From NCBI RefSeq assembly GCF_000143415.4, contig NW_003314265.1:2621181-2685180 (forward strand): a DNA stretch of 64,000 bases, written 5' to 3'. A model generated the notes under the pieces. The model searched no databases and was not told the origin of the DNA. It saw only the letters and a list, made by a program, of their open reading frames with translations. Position 1 is the first letter of the stretch. Each line of letters opens with the position of its first letter. This document shows positions 35,368 to 47,732 of the stretch, piece by piece. Both the position numbers and the translations under genes were made by a program. This DNA is from Selaginella moellendorffii (Eukaryota > Plantae > Lycopodiophyta).

Positions 35368-37578
35368 TCAAGGCCTCCAATGGACAGTAACGTGTTGCAA
35401 CTCCTTGGCTTTCTTGGTGATGATCTCGAGCATGGAGATGGCTCCCTGCGCCACGAGGACAGTGAGCGGCTTGCCACTGGACGAGCATGCCCGTGCATAC
35501 CTGCAAGTGCCTCTCGGTCATCTCCAACATGTTGCGCTTCGTCGAAATGCCCGAGTCGAGCTGCTTGATCGTTGACTCGATGTTTTCCTTCTGGATGCGA
35601 ACCTCTCTCAAGTCTGCCAAGACAAATCCTTTAGAGAAGAAAACGTAAAAGAGAGCATGTACCTGAGCGAAGCTGCTTGTACTCCTCGCAAATCCGGACT
35701 AAGTCTGCTTCTACTATGTCTGAGTTTCCCCCTTTTCCTTGGACAGTGTACCGCCTGATCCGCTTGAGCTGGTCTTCCAGGTTGATAAACTTCGCTTGGA
35801 GGCGGAGGATGGCGGCAGTGGCGGACTTTATTTCCTCTTCCTTGGATCCCTGCTGAGTGTGGCATAATTGCTTAGAACGATCTTCCAGAATAAATTCCTG
35901 CATGTCTCTGCAACGTTGCAGGACAAGTGAAGAGCGTGGGGTCTTTCTAATGCATGAAGGAGAGATACGGTTTGTACCTTCTTCCTTCCACTTGTTTGAG
36001 CTTCTTCTCCAGTGCGTCGATCTTCGAGGACTTCACTCTCACGTCGCTCTCCAGCCTGCTTTTCTCCACCACTTTCTCCTTGAGCTCTTTCGCAAGGTTG
36101 TCTTTCTCAGCCGTGACGGCTGTGAGTTGCTTGGACAAGTTCTCCTTCTGGGAAGAAATGCTAGAGACTTCTTTCGTTAGAGCTTCCTTCTGCGACGTCA
36201 AGTCTGTGATTTCCTTAGCCATACTCTCCCTGCTTTTCACAAACCCGCCGATTTGATCGCCCAAAGCATCTATCTGTGTTCGAGTAGCTTTGAGATCTTC
36301 CTCTAATCTGTCTTTGCACAAAGAGAGGCTCCTCTTCTCCCTCTGCAATCCTTCGTTTTCTACGCAGAGAAGCTGCTTCTCTGCTGCCACTCTTGCTAAG
36401 TTCCTGTCAAGCGAATCCTTGTCCGACGTTATCCTCCCTATGCTTCCCTCTAAACTCTCTGCATGTACAGTCAGCCTTCTACAGTTTGTCGCAAGAGCTT
36501 CTTTCTCCGAGTGCGCGCTTTTCATGTCCTCTTCAAGACGTTCCTTCTCAAACGCCACCTCCTTCAGATTTTTGGCCAAGCTGTCCTTCTCGGATGTAAT
36601 GCTCGATATGCTTTCCTCAAGACGGTCCTTGTGCAAAGTTAGCCTCCGGATGTTATCTTCCTTTTCGAACTGCGAGGTCTTATACTCTACATGAAGACGC
36701 TCCTTCTCAGCAGCAACCTGGCTCAAATTCTTGACCAACGCTTCTCTCTCGGAGGCGATGTTCGTCTTCTCCTCCACAACTTTGTTGAGATTCCTCGCCA
36801 GACTTTCTTTCTCAGCCGCAAAGCTGCTGAGTTCTTTCTGAAGCCTTTCTTTGTCCACTGTGAGCCTCCTCACCGCCGCATTGACGTTTTCCTCCCGGTT
36901 GATAAACTCGGAGAGCTCTCGGAAAATCCGGTCTTTATCGCTTCGAGCTTGCCACAGCTCCTTCGTCAGGCTCTCTTTCTCTGCAACCGTCTGTGAGCCA
37001 ACTATCCCTTTCTCAAATCAGCAAGCAATAACACAAAGGTGTGTGAAGCTGTCAAGGAGAAGTACCTGGTTGTGTGCTGCTTGGAACGCATCCAAGCTAC
37101 TCTCCATCTTGGCGATGAATCCCAACACGTAGTGGAGCTCCTCCACGGCCTTGTTCCTCGATTTCATGATCTCCTCGATCTTGGAATGGAGGTTGACGTA
37201 GTACTCGTACATCTTCTCCACAAGCGCGCACGTCTTCTGCTCCATGAAGCTGCTATAATCGCTGCAAAACACCGTGTTCTTCTCCATCTCCTGGAGCGCC
37301 GAATTTCTCTCGTCCTGGAGCTGCCGGATTTCCACCTCCAGCGCGTCTGGCGAGCTCATCTCGACGCACTCGTCGCACTCCGTGATCTGGACGGGGATGA
37401 ACACCGGATCCATCTGCATTTCCAGCACCATATCGCGAAGCTTGGCCACCTCCTTTCGGATCGACAGATGCTTCTCCTCAAGAACCAAGCTCCTCTTTTG
37501 CGCCAGGAAGTACAGCGCCTCGAGATCCTTTTGTGCATCGGATTCGTGCGGCACTGGCCTGACCTCTATGAATGCCAT
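35368..37578 (-). CDS. Long coiled-coil protein of unknown function; exons ~37578-37066, 36990-35978, 35907-35663, 35613-~35502, ~35445-35368
   Basis: Heptad and 14-residue EKxxL repeats; GT-AG introns keep the frame open; ends GAISMLEIITKKAKELQHVTVHWRP*. Confidence 0.75.
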
Positions 37579-37869
37579 GAGAAATCGCCGCTGCTCCTCC
37601 GATACCGATCGATCTATAGCTCACTCACTTGGATTACGCACAAGATGATCGCCATCGCCCTTGCTGCCCTTGGGAGAAATCCCGCCCTAGGGTTTTCGAA
37701 AATTTACACACGTCCTTTCATTTACACCGCTTCCACAGCAGCGCACACGTGGTGGCCAGCCAGTGGCCCAAGCACCGCGGTTTCGGGGTCAATGGTCCAG
37801 TCAATTTTCAACGTTCCATTCAAACTTGGCAAAATGCCAATCGAACGGCTGAAACTTAAAAGTACCTCG

Positions 37870-38880
37870 AGTTAAGGGCTTTGTCTGCCGCCAAAGTAAC
37901 CAATGTAGCTCCATAAGGCCTCGCATGAGCGTAGAAGCACTCGGCCATCGCCTGGAAGGATATCTAGCGTGATTTTCTTGCGAGAAGATGAAATCATAGA
38001 AAGGGAACTTACAGTTCCATTCTCTGATGTTAAGTCCGAGGATCCTCGCGAGAAGAATGAATGAACTCCTTCCTTGGGCTGTGGAAAACCAAGAACAAGT
38101 AAGTGATAGGTTGATCGAGACAGAGCAGCTTACTTTGTCTCTGGGATCTTTCTGCGGTGGCGATAGCATCGCTCCGGCTCTCATCGTCATGCTGTTGGCG
38201 AAGCCATACGTGGTCCCTTCTCTCGAAGTTCGTGACTTGTCCAGGATGATCCTATCCATCTGTGAAGAACTTTTGATCTTTAAGCTATGGAAAAGAATGC
38301 TTTTGTAGTTACCTGAGGAGGCTTTGGTCTTGGCGGAGGTGGAGGAATGGGCCGTTTCTTTGCTCCAGCAAAATATGGCATCTTCGGGCGTTTCTTGGGC
38401 TCGGGAGCCGTTTGCAAGCGATCGTAGTAGGCTCCGAGCACAGTCCTGATTTACCAAAACGTTCTTTTAAGGAAGAAGAGGGAAGAATTTACCGTGGGTC
38501 GTCTTGCAGCTTAAGTTCGTGACGAACGCGTTCTAGCCTGTGGAATGAACTCTCGGGTATCCTGGAAAAACAGAAAGCCTTTGTCGCAACAGAAGCTTGT
38601 GTTAAACGGACCTCTCTTCTAGATGAGAGTCGCAGTCGGTATCATCACACGTTGATCTTTGGCCACACTTTGGACTCGCTGTCCTCGGTTTCTTTGAAAA
38701 CAAGTCGATAGGCCTGATAATTCTCGGTGGTTTCTGCAAGGATAGTCCACCATTATCAACCAAAACAAAAGAGAAGAAGAAGAAGAAATCCACCTGTACG
38801 AACCAAGACCGACAGAAACGTCACTCTAACTCAAGATTCCCAGAAGAAAAAAGAGAAAAATAAATAAAGAAAACCATCTC
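37870..38880 (-). CDS. Multi-exon Pro/Lys-rich protein of unknown function (ends uncertain)
   Basis: Regular ~50-60 nt GT-AG introns separating open exons KPPRIIRPIDLF.., IPESSFHRLERVRHELKLQDDPR, TVLGAYYDRLQTAPEPKKRPKMPYFAGAKKRPIPPPPPRPKPPQ. Confidence 0.5.
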
Positions 38881-38977
38881 TGCGGTTGTCGAAGCTCTAG
38901 CTAGAAACGACGTTGTTGAACTTCTTTGTCCATTTATTTTCGAGCCGCTAGGAAGCAACATTCTTTGGAAGAGCCAT

Positions 38978-39808
38978 CTACTGCTGCTGCTTTTGGTCCT
39001 CGGGAGGCAGATCCTCCTTCCTACACCCGCAAGAGCTGTGACGATTTAAGTACTGTATTTGCTCCACCGGACTTAGCAACTGGAGCTGCCGCGGTTTCTT
39101 TCCCGCTGTCTCTGCAATCACGCTAGCTTTCCTCGGGAGCTTCTTCGACTTGGCTCGAGTCGGCCTAGTTTTGGCAGCGCTCCGAGCCTCAGCTCTCTCA
39201 GCTAGCAGTATAGCATCGGACAGAGAACCCGGCCTCAAGGCAGTCACCTCATTTCTGATCTTAAACTTGAGCCCAGCAGTGAACCTGCGAAGCTGCTCCT
39301 CGTTGCTCAGCGACTGCACCCCCATCATCTCCATCCGTAGCTTCCAAAACCTTTCACTGTAATCACCAATAGTTTCCTTTTCACCTTGCTCAAATCCCAT
39401 CCATGCTTGCATTACCTTCTCTCTGGAATGATGAAATCCCGGCAAGCAGACCTGGTCCTTGAAAGCCCACGTCTTTCTCGGCGACTTCTGCCTATCAAAA
39501 ACCGTGCTTGCGACGGCGGTCGACGCATTGTTGCCATAACTTCCACCACCACCACCTTCGTCAAAACTCGCCAGCCAAGAGAGAACCTTGTCGGCCTCGG
39601 ACGACGTCAGGAGCCTCTCGTTGATCCGTGGAGTCTCCTCCCTACTGCCGCTAATGCCCACTTCTCTCCTCCTCGGTGTCTGAGAAGACTTCGCCCTCAA
39701 ACGCTCGAGTTGTACCTCCAGATCCTGGCACTTCCCCCGCTCCTCCACAAACAACTGTTTGAGACTGTCAAGCTGCTCCTTAATCTGCCCAAGCTTCTTC
39801 ATTTGCAT
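38978..39808 (-). CDS. Solo Ty3/gypsy-type Gag (Retrotrans_gag capsid) protein with N-terminal coiled coil, 276 aa
   Basis: VLSWLASFD..TWAFKD..FEQGEKETIGDYSERFWKL (QGxxE-x-xxY-xxRF, MHR-like)..EEQLRRFTAGLKFKIRNEV..PGSLSDAILLAERAE; intact ORF; no protease, RT, integrase or LTRs seen. Confidence 0.75.
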   Translation of the reverse strand: MQMKKLGQIKEQLDSLKQLFVEERGKCQDLEVQLERLRAKSSQTPRRREVGISGSREETPRINERLLTSSEADKVLSWLASFDEGGGGGSYGNNASTAVASTVFDRQKSPRKTWAFKDQVCLPGFHHSREKVMQAWMGFEQGEKETIGDYSERFWKLRMEMMGVQSLSNEEQLRRFTAGLKFKIRNEVTALRPGSLSDAILLAERAEARSAAKTRPTRAKSKKLPRKASVIAETAGKKPRQLQLLSPVEQIQYLNRHSSCGCRKEDLPPEDQKQQQ

Positions 39809-39964
39809 GCTGTCCGTCTGCTTACACCATGCCTTACCCCCTCATGAAAAACCAAAGCTCTTGCGCAAAACAGGCACGAAAAAAACCAAAGGACATGACA
39901 CGAAGAGACATGACCCAAGCAAAACCACCCGAAACATTCATCCGCGGTAAAGGAGAAAGTTTAC

Positions 39965-40580
39965 CTTGTCACGGTACCACGTATGCTCCTGCTCGGGCTC
40001 CGTGTCAAGGCGTCGCTGGATCAAACTCATGTCCTGCATCGTCGAGTGGTATGGTGCGTACTGTGGACAACTCGGCTTGTACTTAAGCGGCGGCTTGGAT
40101 GGTTTCTTCTTCTCTCCCGGGAGAGGATACTTCTCATCGCAGAAATCATACCTGTGTCAAACTCCGATCAATCAGACCAACTTTGGAGCTGGGAGCGAGA
40201 GAGACTTACTTGTATTTCGGGAGGCCCATCGGGAACTGGAACTTCTTGTTCATCTCAATGTTGTTTAGCACCTTCATGTACTGACCATAGTCTCGAGTGC
40301 GTGGAGGATAGTCCGAAGGCTCCGGAGGGGCCATCTAGAAAAACGAAAAGGATTCTAGAACGAACGATACGCGCAAGAACTTACCGCCCTCATGTAGGAG
40401 GTCTCGAATCGCCCCAGGCATTTCTTCTTGGTGTCTCCCATCTTTCGTTTCTCCTTCTCTTGTCCAAACTCCAAACCGGGAAGAACGATCACAGGCCAGC
40501 TAGAGGCGAGCTTATCAGGAGAAGTGGAGAGAGCGACGAGGAAGGGACAAACTTACACGGAGGAGGATCAACCATTGCAA
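39965..40580 (-). CDS. Multi-exon protein of unknown function (3' end unresolved; may splice to the Gag ORF or end just upstream of it)
   Basis: Exons MGDTKKKCLGRFETSYMRA|MAPPEPSDYPPRTRDYGQYMKVLNNIEMNKKFQFPMGLPKY|YDFCDEKYPLPG..HTWYRDK with GT-AG introns; telo-box at 40745. Confidence 0.5.
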
Positions 40581-41158
40581 TTGCAATGCATTCCCCGGAA
40601 ACGAATGAGGCGCCAGCACGGAAATTCCATGCCCGCGCCGCCGCACAGCTCTAGCGCTTCCCAAATGCGGCACCGCTTCCCTCGTCGCGCTCGCGACGCG
40701 CAAGGCCGGTTGCCCATTGGAGAGACACGACGGCTCAGCTGAAGAAACCCTAAAAACCCGGTACGGACACTCTGCCACGTGGCACGCGTACGCGCAAGGA
40801 ATATACCCGTTCTTAAAACTAAACCAGCCGCTAACTTTTCTCGTTGCCGTTTCGCTGTATTTTATTGCCCTAGAAAGCTAGAAAAGCCCCCAAGCGGCGC
40901 TGTTAAGGCGTGTGATTCGGGCTAGGGTTATTGGAATGCGGGGCGCGTCATCGCAGCCGGCATAGCTTCGTGCGCAAGGTGAGCGGCTGCGACGGCAGAT
41001 TGGGGGATCCGAGCGCCGCGGCAGTGGGAATTTCTAGGGTTCTTCGCGGGGGGCGCATGAGCAGGGATTTGTTATCCGTGGAGCTTGCAGGATTGAAGAG
41101 TGTTATAGGACGTTTGGATTAGCGCCATCACGAAGAAAAGTGGGTCGCACCAGTTGCC

Positions 41159-42199
41159 ATGTCTGCGGCTGTTTGTCAGAAGCGGCATTTTGACGAGCTA
41201 CACGGGTCTCCTCCAATCTCGACTCCCCTCTCCAAGAGACGCTGCGGTGGGAATTCGAATTCTCCAGTTCGTTTTCCCTCGGCGGCTCCGGTTTTTGGCC
41301 GGAGCAGCTCTCCTGGTACCACTGGGCCGAGCTCTCCTTCCTCCTCGTCACACGACATCTTTCTCCAGCTCAGAGCTTTGTATCCTGACATGGATGGACA
41401 GGTAAAACCGTGTTCTTTTCTTCAAAGAGAAAAGAAGCTTTCTTTTCCTGAAGTTGACATTGTGACATTTTTTTTTTCTCTCTTTTTTCGCCAGCTTGTC
41501 GAGAAGGTCATTGAGAACTGTGGAAACAATCTAGACGATGCCATCAAATGCCTTAACGATTTGCGGCTCTCAAACGAGAGGCCAGCGGTGAGCAGTGCTT
41601 CGCAGCACGCGCCAGCAGCGTCGGCCCACCAGCAGCAGGAACAGCCAGCGAGCAGCGAAGGATTAGAATGGGTGGAGCTCTTCGTGCGGGAGATGCTCAG
41701 TGCCTCAGACCTCACAGACGCTCGCGTGCGCGCAACCAGAGCACTGGAGTCTTTCGAGAAGGCCGTCACGACTCGAAATGCCGCTGCAGTGGAAGCCATC
41801 CAAAAGGTGTGGATTTTTCTCTTTCACTGGCTGCTCGCTAAGCTACTGCTGCGTGTTTCCATATGTTTCTAGGAGAATGAAACGCTCAAGGGGCAGCTCC
41901 AAGTGATGGTGAAAGACAATGGAATCCTCAAGCGGGCAGTGGCCATCCAACACGAGCGCTACTCGGCGGAGATCGACGAGAAGGGGAAGGAGGTGAAGCA
42001 TTTGAAGCAACTCGTGACACAGTACCAGGAACAAATGAGGACTCTAGAGGTAAGCCAAGCCATCGCTCATTGCTTTCGTGGCATGAATAATCCTTTTGTG
42101 TCATGTTCACAGCTTAACAATTACGCGCTCACCGTCCACCTGAGAAGAGCCCAAGACAACAGCTCCATCCCGAATCGCTACAACCCGGACGTGTTCTAA
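41159..42199 (+). CDS. CUE domain-containing plant protein (ubiquitin system component Cue family)
   Basis: MSAAVCQKR; LRALYPDMDGQLVEKVIENCGNNLDDAIKCLNDLRL; EWVELFVREM; NGILKRAVAIQHER; NNYALTVHLRRAQ..PDVF*. Confidence 0.92.
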
Positions 42200-43019
42200 G
42201 CAAGCGCAAGCTCGTTCAGCGGAGATTCTTATTTTCGTCAGTGCATAGTGAGAATAAGAAAATCTAAAGAGGATATTCCGTGCACGTTTTCTTAGCTTGA
42301 TTATTTAATTGTCTAAAGGATAAAGAAGCAACACCTTTTATACTTAAATTAAATGTAAACTTTCCAGATTAAATTTAGGTAATAAAAATTTAATCTGGAT
42401 GTAATTTAAGTTGATTACATAAAAGTATTCAAACTGAACCATTAAATTTAAATAGAGATTGCGTAGCAAATGCTGGGCAGTTGGCAAAACCTGTGCTGGC
42501 TTGGTGGAAGTCTAATGAAATTCTCAAGCAAATCCCACCTTCTGAAGCGTAAGAACTTACCTTTTTTTTTTGTATAAATAGATGCTCCTTATTTAATGGC
42601 CTTAAGTTATAATACAATCAAATTCAAGGCCAAATTACCAGCAAAGCATTGGTGCTGCTACAACTCTCCCTCCACCAGGTTTCCCTGGGGTCCGGATCGA
42701 GTGCTGTGTAGGGATCCCTGGAGTCTCAATGTAGGTGACGGGAGTGGAATTGCGAGCGTTGACTATTGGAGCGCGTCCGACAGATCCATCGCCTAAGTAA
42801 ATTTGAGCCGCTGCGTCAGATTATGTGAATTAGAGTTGTGAAGAACACGCACTGTAAGAGTTTTACTAACTGACCTCTCCATCTTTTGTAGCAGTCTAGA
42901 CTAGCACTCACTCGTACACATCGAGAGTGCACTGCTTCCCAATACTGAACGGCTGAATCAGGCATCCACTCAAATTTCAGAAATTCTGACAGTCTTAGCC
43001 GTAATGGAGCCCGTGTCAC

Positions 43020-43410
43020 AGCCCACAATCAGCCGCGTAACCCTCAAACAGTTGACACAACACTTGGTGATGAAGTTTTCTCCGGGACTTGGAAGCGCCT
43101 GGAAAGCAGGATGAGGACGGGATCATCTCACGAGCATCATCCAATTCGTCTGATGACAGAGAGCAGACAAGACATTTGGAGCACAAGCAAGCTTTCTTCC
43201 TACACAGTATTGTGGGTTCATCAGTACCTGGATTGCGGACGGACTGTTGGATAGTGGTGGTGGCATTGGCGCATTGACAAGAGAGTGGCAGTAATCCGCC
43301 ATAGAACCAGAATTTTCCAAAGGCTCAACTTTGCGCCACGATCAGAGCATAGACAGTCTTTTAAGCTTGAAGGATACCTTTGTACTCATCTTTTATTCTT
43401 GGACATTAAC
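43020..43410 (-). pseudogene. Degenerate partial duplicate of ~47330-47755
   Basis: Near-identical blocks, e.g. GGAAAGCAGGATGAGGACGGGATC, CAAGCTTTCTTCCTACACAGT, TGGCGCATTGACAAGAGAGTGGC, TGTACTCATCTTTTAT; deletions break the frame. Confidence 0.8.
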
Positions 43411-43449
43411 TCTACAAACATAGTAGTAATTAAGGGAATAAGATGTAAA

Positions 43450-46400
43450 GGATGGGAAAACTTTCATTCAAATTCTTGATTGTGGAGAAGCTAGTGAGAA
43501 ATTTTATTAAAAATATTCAACAATCTATGTTTTTCTTTTTTATTTTTTGATTCTAGGAAGCTAAAAATCTTTTTAAAAATATATAAGAATATCACTAGTT
43601 AACTTCTTTTGTTTTCTCTGTTTCTTAAAAGTCATATCCATATCCTAGAGTTTTATTAAGTGCATAATCTACAAAATCAAGTGTATAACACTATACAATA
43701 TTTTTGTTTGCAAAATGACCTTATAATGTAAATAAGTACATTAATAAAAAACTTTTATTACTGAGTACAAAAGAAAAAGAAGAAAATCCAACAAAAACTC
43801 AAATGCAATATCGAAAAAACTTATAATATTTTATCATTTTTTATACCACGATATTAATGGTAAAGTGTGTCCCAAATTTATTGAGTAATTTAGATATTTG
43901 CATTGTCTTTGAGTTTTTATTATGGATAGGATTTTTTTTTGTGCTTAATAACAAGACAAGTTTCCCAAAAGTACCTCTTCTGAAAAACTTAAATTATAAA
44001 TTTTTTAGATATGCAAAAATAACATTAATTAAATATATACTATTTATATCTCATTAATTTCATTACAAATGTATTTCTAGTTTAGTACCCCTCACTTTGT
44101 AAAGAGTATGATAGCACACATAGATATTGAGCATAGATTATAGAATATAGATTTAAAGTAATAGAAAATAAAAAGTTAACTACTAAATATCTCATTAGTT
44201 TTATTAATTTATCTTCTTTAAAATAAAAACTAAAACGTAAATTAAATACAAATCTAAGATGATTGATTGATCAATTGCCTCAAACGACCAAGACAACTAA
44301 AATTAAATAAAAAATTTTTAGGTTATCAATCTCGAGAAGCTCAAGGGACTCTCCATATATAAAAGGTGAGCTCCTTTCTTTCTTTGAAAATTTATATTTT
44401 TATATTAATTTTAAATGAGATTAATTATAAGAAATTTTATAGAAATAATATAAAGCCACAATGTAAAGTTAGAGTAAAATATTAATATAAATATTTAATC
44501 ACACAATGTGCATTCAAGTTCTAGAGAAAATATATAGTTATATATAAATATTTAAAAAAAGTGGATTTCTTACTTCTATAATTAATAATTGAAGAAAAAA
44601 ACATAGATTTAATGAGATTTGTTACTAATATTCAATAATTTTAATTAAAAATAAATATAGTACCAGAAATAATATTATATATGATATTATTCAATACAGT
44701 ATAATTTATAAAAGCATAATTGTTAATTTTGTCAAAAGTGAACTTTAGGTGGGAGCATATGTTTCATTTTTTCAAAACTAAAATTAATTCTATATTAAAT
44801 TTATTTATAAAATGGCTGTGGACTAAACAAAACTTATCAAAATTTAAATATGTTATTTTTTTATAAAAAAAATAATTTACTAATAAATATTTATATAAGG
44901 ACATAATGAAAATTAAATAAAAGCTAATATTATGGTAGTCTCAATGAACTTCAAATAATAAATAACTTTTAATGATAAAATCAGTATATTTTTTATTGAG
45001 GAGTTTGAGAAAAAAAATATATTATAAAATCATATATTTAAAATATTTATTTTTATAATAATATATAATTATATTATTTAGAAATTATATTTCAGAATTA
45101 TACTCCAGTATTTGAAATTTTATATTTTAAAATTTTTTTGGAACTCAACTATCTGAAAAATATTTTGCATAAGTGAAAAGTTTATAAAACCTTTTTTTAT
45201 CATTTTTTAGTAATATAAAGCTTTAATCATCTTATGAGATCTAAGTATATCGCTACGATGCCATATACTAATATTAATATAGTGAGATTTTGATAGCCAT
45301 CATATTAGTTTCAATTTTGACCATTTGCTCCTAGTAGAGATGAAAAGTAATTGTGATTGTACCTAATAAGTACTTGAATTTATGCTTTTGTTTTAGATGT
45401 AACTTTTGCATCATCTAGATATCTCTTATTATTATAACTTTTTCAATTTCTTTTCTTTTTTTTCTTTTTGTTCATCTTCATGGCAAATCAATAACCTCTT
45501 CCTCCTTTGACTTTGAAGCAATAATTAATGTGATTGTTTGATGTTATGTGATTGCAATTGAACAATTAGACTTATTTGGTAATGTCATTCATGGTATGTG
45601 GTGTAGTTCCTTCCACTCTTATTGCCAATCTTTGTGAACTTCTTTCATAGGAATCTTGAATGATATATATTATTGGTTCAATCAATTTTTAGTGATTGTC
45701 ATCATATAAAATGGATGATATGGTGTTGGTTTGTTTTCCCAATTTTATAGTATATACTTTGTTTAATAGGCTTCGTGCTTAGTGGAAAGGATTATATTGA
45801 GTATTACAGTAAGTTGGATTGCAAATTTATAAAGTTTGACATGTTATTCAACAAGCTAATCCTTAAAGAACTATGTATGTACAACAATTAAAACCCTTCA
45901 TACAAAAGGATTTAGAATAATTTACACTTTTTAGAGATTCACTGGTGCCTCCTTTTGATATTCTTCCAAATTCTAACCCATGGATTAGGGAACCTTAAGG
46001 GCTTTCCATCCTTCTAAGAGGAAGGAATGACATGAGGTCCAAGTGTATATCTATAATGTTGTATATTAATTTTAACATTTTTAGTATAGTAGGATTTTGA
46101 CAATTATTGAATTGATTTTAATTTGGACCATTCATTTTTGTATATAAGCTAGTGTTTTTGGGCTAATTGAATATGTATATTTATATATTCCATTTCTGTA
46201 TTTTATGCACTCACAATCTTTATAAAATTTCAATTTTAAACTTCTATTTCCAAATTTCTACTTATTAAAGGAGTTTGAAAGCATTAAGATAAATACTTAA
46301 AACAATAGAATATTTATTTTTTATGGTGAAATATTATTATATAGATTTTTATATTGAAAAGTTTGGGGCATTTATATCCTTCTAATCTTTCATTTACATA

Positions 46401-47065
46401 TTAAAGTTAATATTTTAACTTTTAATTAATATATCTATATTATCAATATTTATTAAAAAATTTATGAAATTATTTTTTATAATTTACCAACTTAATAAAA
46501 CAATTTAATTAACTTTTAGTTACAGATAATATTCTTTTTATCTATATTATATTATAATTATTTTTATATAAATTATTTTTATTGTTGAGATTGAGGTCTA
46601 GAAGACAATGCATGAAATTTAAATCTTAAAAATATATTTATTAAAAATTAATTAATATTTTCTTTATATATATTATGTCTTATGTATAAAATATCCTTTA
46701 AAATAATAGAATTCATTAATATTTTAGTTAAAAGTTTTTATGAATTATAATCAAAACATGTTTACAAACTCAATGATATGTTTGATTTTTGTTTATCAGT
46801 TTATTAATTATATACAAATTTCATTATTAAAAAGAATAATTTATTTCTAATTTTTTAAAAATTACAATTCCATATAAACTTATTTATGTACTACAGCATT
46901 TATTATATAATATTTATGTTATTTTCATGAAATTTTTTAAGGTTTAGAGTAAGAGAATGACAATCCTCTTTTACAAAAAACAACAAGATGGGGAAAAAAA
47001 TTTGTATTTGAGACCTCATATATTTTGATTAACTATTTTGAAACTTCAAGTTTAAAGAGAATATT
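43450..47065. other. ~3.6 kb extremely AT-rich tract, probably a decayed repeat or TE
   Basis: Very low GC, strong CG depletion, essentially no ORFs. Confidence 0.75.
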
Positions 47066-47078
47066 TTTTATGCGTTTC

Positions 47079-47651
47079 TTAAGATTCGAAATTCTCTTTC
47101 CAGTATTCGCCTCCAAAACCAGTGAAAGGGATCTCGTCCTCTTTGAGTAGTGAGTCCTTGGGTTTCCTGAGCTCGTCGGGATTGATGCCCAGCCTCTGGT
47201 ACGCTGATACCGACTTGGCTTTCGTTGTAAGCTTGCAGATCCGGCGGTAGAGTAGCACGGGAAGCGTGACGAAGAGAAAGTGTGGGATCGAGAGCGGACA
47301 GCAGCACAATGCTAGACAGTCGGCCGAGTAACCCATCAAACAGTTGACGCAGCGCTTGGTGACGAGCTTGATCGCTCTTCTCCGGGACTTGGAACCGGCT
47401 GGAAAGCAGGATGAGGACGGGATCGTCTCAAGGCCATCGTCGAATTCGCCAGATGACGGAGAGATCTCGTTTGGTTGCTCGAGACATTGGGAGCAAAAGC
47501 AAGCTTTCTTCCTACACAGTGTTGTCGACTCATCGGTACCTGGATTATGAACGCACAGGAAGCAGCGGCTTATTGGATGATGGTCGCGTTGGCGCATTGA
47601 CAAGAGAGTGGCGACGATCCGCCAGAGAACCATAAACACGTTGCTCCACAT
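47079..47651 (-). CDS. Uncharacterised plant Cys-rich membrane protein (DCxAxCCCP family), 190 aa
   Basis: ADCLALCCCPLSIPHFLFVTLPVLLYRRI hydrophobic segment and C-terminal FTGFG..W motif. Confidence 0.55.
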   Translation of the reverse strand: MWSNVFMVLWRIVATLLSMRQRDHHPISRCFLCVHNPGTDESTTLCRKKACFCSQCLEQPNEISPSSGEFDDGLETIPSSSCFPAGSKSRRRAIKLVTKRCVNCLMGYSADCLALCCCPLSIPHFLFVTLPVLLYRRICKLTTKAKSVSAYQRLGINPDELRKPKDSLLKEDEIPFTGFGGEYWKENFES

Positions 47652-47732
47652 TTTCGACGGCGCTCATCTCTGCGCCACAATCAAAGAATAGGCGGTCTTT
47701 TAAGCTTGAAGGAAGGTCCGAGTACCTTGTAC

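Noticed and set aside
37039-37875. 278 aa plus-strand ORF
   Set aside because: Antisense to exon 1 of the coiled-coil gene; Leu/His-rich composition typical of an antisense reading
43450-47065. Organellar DNA insertion or intact transposon
   Set aside because: No organellar gene, tRNA, transposase or RT motifs, and no terminal repeats discernible by eye
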